From: an uncultured delta proteobacterium
Lineage (GTDB): Bacteria; Myxococcota_A; Polyangia; Fen-1088
DNA length: 64,000 nt
Assembly: GCA_963737265.1 (NCBI GenBank)
Contig: CAVTRY010000011.1
Coordinates: 960,001-1,024,000 of the forward strand
Reading direction: 5' to 3'
A program made the translations under genes and the position numbers. Below the pieces are notes generated by a model. The model was not told the origin of the DNA, made no database searches, and saw only the letters and a list, made by a program, of their open reading frames with translations. Position 1 is the first letter of the stretch. Each line of letters starts with the position of its first letter. Of this stretch, positions 42,000 to 51,367 are shown in pieces.

Positions 42000-42608
42000 A
42001 TGCGAAAGCCAGATGAATCCGCGCCTGTCGTAGAATCCGAACAGAAGCCCGAGCCCGCCGCCGGCCTCTTCGAGGCGATCCTCGAAGGCAAGAAAGCCAC
42101 GCCAACGTGGCCGGTGGGCGAACCGTTCGTTGTCGAGTGCGTGGACGCGCGCCACCCGACGTTGCAAGGCAGGGCGCTGGTGCGCTGGGAGGCGCCGGGG
42201 CGAGATGCGGTCGAAGCGTGGGTGCCGACCTTGCACGGGCTGGCCGTGCGCAAGGGAGATCGCCTGCTGCTGCAAACCCCGTACGGCGCCAGCGAGCCCA
42301 TCGCCATTGGCGTGATTGACGGTTTTCTGCCCAGGCCGGAGCCCGCGCGCGTGGTGGGAACGCAGCTCGAGCTGAAGCAGGACGAGGTCTTTCAGGTGCG
42401 AACCCAAGACGGCCAACCGTTGGTCGAGATCGTTCGCGACGCCGCCGGCCCGGTCGTCCGGCTACTGCAGGCCGACACGCGCCTTGAGCTTCAGGGCAAG
42501 CTCAGCATCACCGCCGCCGAGCTCGATCTCAAGGCCTCGAAAGGCCAGGTCCGCATCGAAGCGTCGGACGACGTTAAACTCATCGGCGAGCTGATTAACC
42601 TCAACTGA
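42000..42608 (+). CDS. Mini-spike protein with gp5/gpV-like OB-fold and short beta-strand tail
   Basis: HPTLQGRALVRW...AWVP...KGDRLLL...PIAIGVI parallels spike OB folds; ends ASDDVKLIGELINLN. Confidence 0.55.
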   Translation: MRKPDESAPVVESEQKPEPAAGLFEAILEGKKATPTWPVGEPFVVECVDARHPTLQGRALVRWEAPGRDAVEAWVPTLHGLAVRKGDRLLLQTPYGASEPIAIGVIDGFLPRPEPARVVGTQLELKQDEVFQVRTQDGQPLVEIVRDAAGPVVRLLQADTRLELQGKLSITAAELDLKASKGQVRIEASDDVKLIGELINLN

Positions 42609-44668
42609 TGACTTCGGGATGCCATCAGGGAGCGGTGGGAGACGTGCTCGGCAAGCCTCTCACCGTCCACATCAAGCTCAACAGCGGCAAATATCGCTAT
42701 TTCCACGGCATCGTCACCTATTTCGCCAAGGTCGGCCCGACCCACGGACATACCCGCTACGTCGCCGTCCTCAACCCACAACTTTCCCTGTTCGAGTACA
42801 CGCGCGACTGCCGGATCATGGATGAAGAAGGCCAGACAGCCCTCAGCATCGTGACCGACGTGCTTGCCAAACGCGGGTTCACCGACGTCGACTCGGGTTC
42901 CATCAAGGACCACACCTATCGCCAACACGACTACTGCGTGCAATACCGCGAGAGCGATCTCAACTTCGTGCACCGACTGCTCGAAGAGGAGGGCATCTAT
43001 TACTTCTTCAAGCATGAAAACGGCCTGCACACGATGGTGCTTGCCGATTCCACCACCGCCCATGCCAAGGTACCCGGCTACGAAACCGTCCTCTGCCGCC
43101 CCATGCTCCACGCGCAAGCGCGCGATGAGGAGCACTTCTGGTCGCTCAGGGTAACCGGGGGACTTTACCCCGGCAAGCTCACCGTGGTGCGCGGATACGA
43201 CTACACGCTCATCCGGCCATCCGCCGTCCAATTTGGCCAGCAGCCGTCGGGCGAGCCCCGGCCCGGCTCGGATTTCGAAGACTACGACTATCCAGGGGGA
43301 CTTTCGCCAGAGGCGGAAGCCAACCAAGAAGCCCTGGTGCGCATGCAGATGGACCGCGTCGCCAACACGGTGATCGAGGTCGAGGGCAACACCATGGGGC
43401 TAGGCGTGGGCGCCCTCGTCAGCCTCGCCAAGCCGTTGTCCATCGACGGCATCGCCTTCAATCCCTTTTGGGGCGAAGACGGCTTCGCCAAGGAATACCT
43501 CATCACCTCCGCGCGCTACTCCATCAGCATCAACCAGTACGAATCCGGCGACGTGGCGAAATCCGACCAGCCATTCAAGGCGAGCTACACCTTGCTCGAC
43601 AGCCAGGTCCAGTTCCGCCCCCAGCGCGGGGCGAGCAAGCCCAGGATCGAAGGCCCCCAGACCGCCGTCGTGGTGGGGCCCGCCGACGAAGAAATCTGCA
43701 CCGACACCGACAAGCTCGGCCGCGTGAAGGTGCAGTTCGACTGGGATCGCCTCGGCAAACACGACGAGAAATCCTCTTGCTGGGTCCGTGTGTCCCAAGC
43801 CTGGGCCGGGGCGAAATGGGGCGCCTTTCACCTTCCACGCATCGGCCACGAAGTCATCGTGGAATTCCTCGACGGCGATCCCGACCGCCCCATCGTCACC
43901 GGCCGGGTCTACAACGCCGACAACCTGCCGCCCTACGACTCGCCCACCCAAAGCGGCATCAAGAGCCGCAGCACCAAAGGCGGCACCCCCAGCAACTTCA
44001 ACGAAATCCGCTTCGAGGATCTCAAAGGCAAGGAAGAGCTGCACATCCAGGCCGAAAAGGACATGTCGACGTTGGTGAAGAACAATGAATCGCTTTCCGT
44101 GGGCGGCGACCGCAGCGTCAGCGTCACTGGCAATCAGTCGGTGAGCATTTCAGGCAAGGGCAAGAGTCCCGTGCACAGCACGGTCAACGTCACCGGCAAA
44201 CACACGCTCGATGCCAGCGACACCATCAAGATCCAGGCGCCCACCTCGATCACCCTTGAGTGCGGCGGCAGCACCATTGTGATGGTGCCGGGCAAGATCA
44301 CCATCACGGCGGGAGGCGGTGCAGAGGTCGTCCTCGATGCCAATGCCTTGACTCACTCCAGCGCGGGCGCCAAAACCCTCCACGATGCCAACGTGCTCCA
44401 CCAATCCGTTGCTGGATCCAAAGTCCTTCTCGATGCCAATGCTCTGTCCCAGGCGTCCGGCGGCGCGAAAGTGCTATTGGACGGCAATGTTTTGGCCCAA
44501 TCCTCAGGCGGAAGCAAAGTTGCGTTAGACAGCGACGCCATGATCGACGGGGCGGGCAAGGCAACGGTCAAGGGCGCATCAGAAGCGAATCTCGCCGCCG
44601 GCGGATCGGTCAAGGCAAGCCCCGCTGGTGTCGAGGTTTCTGGAGCGCTGGTAAAGATGAATAGCTGA
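42608..44668 (+). CDS. vgrG: VgrG copy 3, lacking ~47 N-terminal codons, distinct tip
   Basis: 42633-~44148 matches 24582-~26098; ATG 42608 overlaps the upstream TGA; tip diverged with an extra 16-aa repeat. Confidence 0.88.
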   Translation: MTSGCHQGAVGDVLGKPLTVHIKLNSGKYRYFHGIVTYFAKVGPTHGHTRYVAVLNPQLSLFEYTRDCRIMDEEGQTALSIVTDVLAKRGFTDVDSGSIKDHTYRQHDYCVQYRESDLNFVHRLLEEEGIYYFFKHENGLHTMVLADSTTAHAKVPGYETVLCRPMLHAQARDEEHFWSLRVTGGLYPGKLTVVRGYDYTLIRPSAVQFGQQPSGEPRPGSDFEDYDYPGGLSPEAEANQEALVRMQMDRVANTVIEVEGNTMGLGVGALVSLAKPLSIDGIAFNPFWGEDGFAKEYLITSARYSISINQYESGDVAKSDQPFKASYTLLDSQVQFRPQRGASKPRIEGPQTAVVVGPADEEICTDTDKLGRVKVQFDWDRLGKHDEKSSCWVRVSQAWAGAKWGAFHLPRIGHEVIVEFLDGDPDRPIVTGRVYNADNLPPYDSPTQSGIKSRSTKGGTPSNFNEIRFEDLKGKEELHIQAEKDMSTLVKNNESLSVGGDRSVSVTGNQSVSISGKGKSPVHSTVNVTGKHTLDASDTIKIQAPTSITLECGGSTIVMVPGKITITAGGGAEVVLDANALTHSSAGAKTLHDANVLHQSVAGSKVLLDANALSQASGGAKVLLDGNVLAQSSGGSKVALDSDAMIDGAGKATVKGASEANLAAGGSVKASPAGVEVSGALVKMNS

Positions 44669-44724
44669 GAAGTAGCCGGCGCGACGGCAGCGGGTGCCTG
44701 CTAGAGTGTCGCCTCCAGGACGCC

Positions 44725-45225
44725 ATGGCCGAAACCAAGAATCCAACAACGGTCGAGCTCGCGGCTCGTCACCGGTTGATCATCGACCAGACAGAGCAGG
44801 GCAACGCACTTCGCCTGATATCGCCCGATGGCTCGACGCCAATCACGCTGGAGATCAGCAACGCCGGTGTCGTGCTACGGATCGAGTCGCCTGGCATCGC
44901 TCTGCATGCTTCTGGGAACCTGAGCTTATCCGCAGAACACCTTACGCTGCACGGGCGGACCTCGCTCGATCTTGCCTCCGGGGGCGATCTGAACCTCAAT
45001 GCTGCCGGCGATCTTCATAGCCGAGCCCAGGCACAGGTGCTGCGCGCGGAGCGGGGTTGCGTCGATATTAAGGCAAGTGATGACGTGAAGATCTCGGGCG
45101 AGCGCGTGCTGGTCAATTGCGATGAAACGGTGGACCGACACCCGCACCTTCTCCACAAACGAGCCCTAGAAGAGGCTGCGGAAAAACTTTTGCATCTGCC
45201 GAAGGGAACCGGCGAGACGGATTGA
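44725..45225 (+). CDS. Beta-strand-rich mini-spike-like protein 3
   Basis: ASDDVKISGERVLVNC motif; same position after vgrG as ORF 26570. Confidence 0.6.
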   Translation: MAETKNPTTVELAARHRLIIDQTEQGNALRLISPDGSTPITLEISNAGVVLRIESPGIALHASGNLSLSAEHLTLHGRTSLDLASGGDLNLNAAGDLHSRAQAQVLRAERGCVDIKASDDVKISGERVLVNCDETVDRHPHLLHKRALEEAAEKLLHLPKGTGETD

Positions 45226-45254
45226 TTGGAACGAGGTGCGGGTGCGGTGCGAGG

Positions 45255-46368
45255 TGGCAACCTACTTTCTGGCGGCGCGCGACCGGCGCCATTCCTCAAG
45301 GCCGGTTGGATCAGGTCGTCTGGCCACATATTTCGATGGCCATGACCTCGATGAACTTTTCCCAATCGCGCCATGGAATATTCGGGGCGCTTCAGCCGGG
45401 TCGCGCCTTCACGCCAGACGAACCAGCCATGCCACACGCTCACCGCAACACGCGTTCCACCCTCAAGATCGAGGATGAACGCCGGAATGCCGCGTATGGG
45501 CTCGGATTCGGTACTCCAGAAGTTACTGTAGTCGAATTCGGCGGGGAGAATGCGTTCTGCCCTAGCCTAGCTGGGCACTTGCCCAGGACGCTTGGCTGAC
45601 TGGATCGAAAAGCCGCAGTGTCTCACCCTCCAAACGCAATTCGATCCGGCCCACGGCCCGGCACCGCCGCACACGCCAAAAGGCTAGGAACAGCAACGCG
45701 AAGAACAGTGCGTTCCACGTAATGGCAACCGCACTATCCACCCTCTCGGAAACTGCCAGGCCCCACCGGTCGGAGACGAAGAGGTAAAGGCCCCAGACGA
45801 GGACCCAGAGCACGACCGGCAGATACAATCGCACGGGTACCCACCGACCCACGGTGTGGCGCCCGAGTGAAAATGAAACCGGGTGCGGTTCCAAGGGCAT
45901 TGTTGCAACCTACTTCCTGGCGGCGCGCGACCGGGACCATTCCGCAAGGCCGGTTGGATCGGATCGTCTGATGAACGCCGGGACGCCACGAATATACCCG
46001 TCGCCGGTACTGTAGTCGAATTCGGCGGCGAGGACGCGTTCTGCCGTGGCTGGGCACTTGCCCAGGACCGCTTGGCTGACTGGATCGAAAAGCCGCAGCG
46101 CCCCCTCCACCAAACGCAGCTCAAGCCGGCCTTTGGCGCGCCACCGCCGCCAGCGCCACGGAATCGTGAACGTCAACGCCGCGGAAGATGCGCCTAAGAC
46201 AATACTAAGCACGGTACCGGCCCCCTCACCAATGACCGGCTCGATCAACTTGACAACGACGGCACCGCCCAGCCCCACCAGGGCCGGCTGCCAAGAGACC
46301 CAAATTGGCGACCATTGACCATGGTAGCGCTCGATGGGAAACTTCGCCAAACTCGGGCCGGGTGCCAC
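45255..46368 (-). pseudogene. Two degenerate tandem paralogs of a 2-TM membrane protein, opposite to the T6SS operon
   Basis: Both encode GR.ELRL....LRLFDPVSQA..GKCPA..AER.L.AEFDYS; frameshifts, a CTAGG duplication and a deletion; shared ~55-bp downstream sequence at ~45257 and ~45905. Confidence 0.6.
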
Positions 46369-46603
46369 AAATTGCCTATATCACAAGGCGCATCAGGCAC
46401 GCAAGGACGGTTGTTTGATCGGGTACGTGTGTCCGCCGAGAGAATGGATGGAAAACCCGGGCCTGTGCAACGCACCCTGTTCGATCACGCTGTCCAAGGT
46501 CAGGCCTCACGCGTTTTTGCAACGAAAAAGGCTGTGTGCTGAACCAATTGGTGGGATGCCGAAAAAGTGGTATGAGGCGCAATAGGCATCTGAGGTTTTG
46601 CGG

Positions 46604-47146
46604 ATGGATCTGAATAACTACACCCCCTATCCCGCCCTTCTTTCGAGATTCGCTGTAGATCTCGAACGAGATCTGATGGGGTCCGCGCTCGTTGCCAGGG
46701 TGACCTATGACGTCATCGGCAACGGCCTTGTTCCCAGCAAAGAGCAAATCTGGAAGGTTTCTCCCCAGCCTTGGGAATGTCCCTATGGCTCCATGGAAGC
46801 CGACGACGCCTTCTACAAGGGGGCAACGGATATCTTCTTGTTCGGTTGCGCGCGCTCTCCCGGCCGGCGACCGGTTTCGGCGATGAACGTGACCATTCAG
46901 CTGGGGGCCTTCAGGCGCCAGATCATCGTCTTGGGCGACAGGGTGTGGCTCGCCGGGCGCACGAAGAACACGCTGGTTGCCGGTCCCCCACAGCGCTTCG
47001 TCGAGATGCCTCTCACGCTCGACCGAGCCTTCGGGGGCCGAGCGGAATGGGATGGCCTCAAGGTCCCGTTCGCGGACAATGCCTCCGGCAAGGGATTCTA
47101 CCTCGAGCCGGGCACGGTTTGGCAAATACGTGCTTGCCCGTCTTGA
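46604..47146 (+). pseudogene. 3'-truncated DUF2169-like adaptor
   Basis: MDLNNYTPYPA, VARVTY, VLGDRVW, MPLTLDRAFGG, NASGKGFY, then ends at about half the length of its paralog at 27210. Confidence 0.75.
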
Positions 47147-47336
47147 CACCTGGGGAATTCTCGCTGCGCCTGGGGAGAACCTTCTGATGATGAGGCAATT
47201 GCAGACTCGAATGGCTTGGTTCGGGTTCACTTTCCTGGTCGCCATGGGGCCTTCCGGCTGCTATACAGCCATCAATCCCAGCCCCAACGTCGACGGATCA
47301 CAGCTGGGCGGCGAGGCGGAAGACTCAGCAGATTTG

Positions 47337-48827
47337 CGCCCATCACGCTTTCGGGTGAGCTTCCGTCGAGGGTCAGTGGCAGCATGAGAAATACAGGATC
47401 TGCATGAGGTTGTCGGGGTTGCGGTAGCCGTGGCCACGCTGGCTGATGCCGCGAACACGTGAATTGTTGCCTTCGAGGGCTGCGTTGGAAAGACCGTGCT
47501 TGGCCCAGGCAATAACGCCCGACCAATGGCGCTTAATCATGTTCCAGAATCGCTTCAACGAGCCAAGTCGTTGCCAGCGTAATAGGCGACGCCAGTGGTC
47601 GAGTGCTGCAGCCATTCCGACCTCAGTGTGATAGCCCCATACGACGTCGAACTGCTCCTTGAGCAGGTACGCTACCTGGAGACGTCGGTTGAGGCGGAAT
47701 AGCTCGTCAAGCTCGCGACGGCGACGCCAGTGAAGACGACGACGCTTCTTGAGCAGGAGGAACTTCTTGCCTCGGATGGCCTCGCGATACAGGCCACCCT
47801 TGCGCCAAAATTCCGCCTTGCGGACCTGGTCGACGGCGTCGGTGAGGTGGTGCTCGATGTGGAATCAGTCGAAGACGAGGTCAGCCTGTGGGGCATGTTC
47901 GCAGATGGCGTTGATGTAGCCTTGGGCCATGTCCAGCGTGACTGCCACCAGCCGATGCGACCGGCGCGGTCCCAGCTTCACGAAAAACTGCTTGAGTGTT
48001 TCCTCCTGCTTGCCCTCGCCGATCCAAACCACGTGTCCGGCCTCGTGGTCCCAGACGATGGTCAGATACTTGTTCTGGCCTCGGCCGTAGCTGACCTCGT
48101 CGACGCCGATGATGCGAAGCTTGCGATGGAAGCGGCGCTCGACCGCATCCTCGACCCAGTGGGTGATGAGGCGCATGACGGTAGTCCAGTGCAGCCCGAG
48201 TTGGCGGCACACGCCGGCAATGGAAGTCGTGCGGGCACGCCGCAGGACCTCCGCCTCGAACATGTGAGTCATGCGCGAGCCGGTGCGCGCCCACGGGACC
48301 TGTTCGACCCGGATCCCACAGCGGCGACAGCGCACGCGCCGCAGAGGCGCGATGACGACCGTGCGGATGCCCCAACCGTCGAGATGACGCCAGGCCCGGG
48401 CGCAATTCTTGATATCCAGCGCGCAGCGCTTGGTCTCTCCACAGCCGGAGCACACAGCCGACTGCCTGGTCGGATACAGGTGTACATGCCAGGAGCCATC
48501 GGTACCGCTGTAGCTGTCGAAACTGACACGCCAGCCGTTTGCAATGGCCAGCTGCAATGCCAAAATACCAGGGACGGACGTTCGTTGGGAGTTCCTCGTG
48601 ATTTGCATAAACCCGAAGGATCACCGACGGACGTCCACTTTTCATTTCGCGCACCGTCGCGCGCGGCGACGAGATCCTCGTCGTCGCATAGCAGCACCTG
48701 AGCCGCCAGCGAGGAGGCCGTCACCCGTAGGGCCGGAGCGAAGCGGAGGAGGCGCGAAGCGCCTTGACGGCCCCCGGAGCGGCGGCTACGCCGTTGCCTT
48801 CGCAATCACCCGAACGCGCGATGAACC
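47337..48827 (-). mobile_element. ISL3-family IS, copy 1 (1491 bp; transposase has a nonsense mutation)
   Basis: 8-bp TSD CAGATTTG; imperfect IRs; CGA>TGA at 47865-47867 truncates the ..VFDRFH motif. Confidence 0.93.
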
Positions 48828-50178
48828 CAGATTTGGGCGGCGAAGACACGGATGGGAAGTTAGCCATGGGTGACGCAGCGGAAGTGCCCACCTCGTCGAC
48901 CGGCGGAGTAGATGGAAGCACCGGCGTGGGCGGTGCTCTCAGCACTGGCGGCATCTCAGGCACAGGAGGTGCTGTTAGCTCCGATGGCGCCGCCTCCGGC
49001 GGGGCGCCAGGCACCGGCGGAAGTGCGTCCGGCGGCGCCACGGGCGCTGGCGGCATCTCCGATGCGGGTGATGCGCCAAGCACCGGCGGTACATCCGGCG
49101 CCCCATTGAAGATTGTGAGCTTCTTGGGCTCGGTCCCCACCATCTCCGCTGGACACAGCGCAACGCTGAGCTGGGAGGTGACAGGCGCATCGCTAGTTTC
49201 CATCGACAATGGCGTTGGATTAGTCCCCGTCAGTTCAACCAAAGACGTTTTCCCGGGCCAAGATACAACCTACATGCTGACCGCCGTGGATAGCGCAGGC
49301 GACACGGTTACTGCCACCGTCACTGTCAAGGTGGTCGCATTGCCAACAATTTCTGCTTTTGTGGCGGGAGTCGGAACGATAACCACGGGTCACCAGACGA
49401 CCCTTACCGCGACGTTTGCTAACGGCACCGCTGTCGTAGATCACTCTATCGGGGCGGTAACGACCGATTTGCCAGTCAGCACTGGCAATCTCACGACGAC
49501 TACGACCTACACGTTGACCGTAACCAACGTGATCGGTGATGTCGTGACGAAGCAGGTAACGGTTACGGTGCTTTCATTCACGGCCGTCAGCGTAGGTGAG
49601 AGCCACGCCTGCGCACTATCAACCGGCGGCACCGTGGTCTGCTGGGGATCGAACACTTCAGGTCAGGCCACGCCACCAGCAGGTACCTTCACTTCCGTGA
49701 GCGCGGGTGCCTCTCACACTTGCGCGGTGCACAAACCGGAGGTGCGGCAGTTTGCTGGGGCAGCAACTTCCAAGGGGCCACCAAGCCTCCCGAGGGCGCG
49801 CTGTTCACATCCCTTAGCGCGGGGAATTCCTACACATGCGGTGTGATGAAGAGTGATAGCAGCATCACGTGCTGGGGCCAAGTGAGCACGGGGCAATCGG
49901 GCAGCTTCAGCTCGGTCAGTGCAGGATCTACTTACGCCTGTGGTCTCAAGACCGACGGCACCGTGGTTTGTTGGGGGGTCGGGAATGACTACGGGCAGGC
50001 GTCGCCGCCTGCGGGCACATTCATCGCAGTGAGTGCCAGCTACTACTTCTCGTGTGGCGTGAAGAGTGACGGTACGGTTGCGTGCTGGGGAACGAGCATC
50101 GCCAATACTACGACTCAGATTCAAACACCTCCCCCCGCGACCACATTCGCGGCTATCAGCGCAGGAGGGGGCGGTCAG

Positions 50179-50367
50179 CAGGGCCAACGCATCTAAATTG
50201 TAAGTGATCTTGCGGAGATGCCGATAGTTATGCCGGTCTCCGCGCCCGTGCGCGCTGCCGAACCTGCCTGCACACCGGCGCGCGCACCGACCCCAGGGGA
50301 AAACCTTCCAGAAATGGCCGAGACTCTGATGGATCCTGCGTCGATGTAGGATGATGCGATGGCCCTG
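50179..50367. mobile_element. 189-bp MITE, copy 2
   Basis: Same sequence as 37243-37431; 10-bp TSD GGGCGGTCAG. Confidence 0.93.
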
Positions 50368-50765
50368 GGGCGGTCAGGGAGAAGATCACGTTTGCGCCAT
50401 CAAGACCGATAAGACTGTTGTCTGTTGGGGCGACAATGGTGTCAATGAATCCACTCCACCGACAGGTACTTTCCTTTCGGTTAGCTCGGGTCATTGGAGC
50501 AGCTGCGGGGTCAGGAGTGACGGCAGCCTCGCCTGCTGGGGCGACAACTCCTCTGGCGAATCAACGCCACCCTAGCGGGAATGCAGACCTGCAACCGAGG
50601 CGATCTTGCTCGGTCGGATTTCTGCAGGGCAAGTTCGGGTGCAGCGCTATGCACCATCAACCTCCACTCGGCCAGCGATCGAAGCCAGCGCTCGAACAAC
50701 CCCTGGGGTTGAACGAACGAGGAGATGCCGAAGATGCCCTTCGCGGCCGAGTGGTGAGGAGCGCA

Positions 50766-51277
50766 ATGGTGTTCGTCAGCAAGTCGCGACGTCTGGTAGT
50801 CCACCTTGCGCCGGTTATGCTGTTCGGTGTCCTTCCGGTAAGCGTGTCATACACGCTTACCGGAAGGACACGTTCTTCGGCGTGGCGGCGGGCGCTTTCG
50901 TGCTCCACTTTCGCCGTCCGCATTTCGGGTAAACCCTGATTGGCTACCTGGCGGGCGGCGTGGCGCTGGCAGTGGGGCTGAGGCTCCAGCGCGTGGTCCG
51001 CCGCAAAGGAGACGAGCTGGAAGTCTGGACGGTGCTCGGCCGACGACGGGTCAAGGCCAAACGCGTTTTCCTGGGCGTCACCACGGGGCGCACGTCAGTC
51101 AACATCTCTCTCTTCCTCGGCAAATCGATGGAGCCCGTCGACCCGAGCATCATGGTGGCCTCTTATGGTGCATCGGGTCTCGCCGGTCCCATGCGTGTCG
51201 CTGACCGCATAGCCGAGGCGCTCAACATGCCCGAGCCCCGGCTCGCACGGTGGCTGCGGGCGCCTCCCTCCGGCTAG
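50766..51277 (+). pseudogene. Small membrane protein split over several frames
   Basis: Hydrophobic segments across frames (MVFVSKSRRLVVHLAPVMLF.., DTFFGVAAGAFVLHF, GGVALAVGLRLQR..). Confidence 0.35.
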
Positions 51278-51367
51278 TCGGAATGAAGATGCGTAATCCT
51301 ACCCTCCATCTATCGTATCTATTCGAGTCAAAGGGCCCAGTTCGATACGCCATGGTAAGCTTAGAAG

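Larger units (their letters stand above)
47187..50575 (+). pseudogene. Lipoprotein with Gly-rich linker, Ig-like repeats and RCC1/BLIP-II-like repeats, interrupted by ISL3 and MITE
   Basis: Signal ..LVAMGPSGC; frame rejoins across ISL3 (EDSADL/GGEDTD) and MITE (GGQ/GEDHVCA); repeats SVG..HACAL...GTVVCWG; extra frameshift ~49730. Confidence 0.8.

Noticed and set aside
24440-44668. Diversity-generating retroelement or invertase shufflon explaining the repeats
   Set aside because: No reverse transcriptase or site-specific recombinase seen; repeats are long, direct, and differences are not adenine-specific
45255-45962. ~55-bp repeats as integron attC sites
   Set aside because: The minus strand has ATCCAAC...GTT but no complementary L boxes, and no integrase is present in the window
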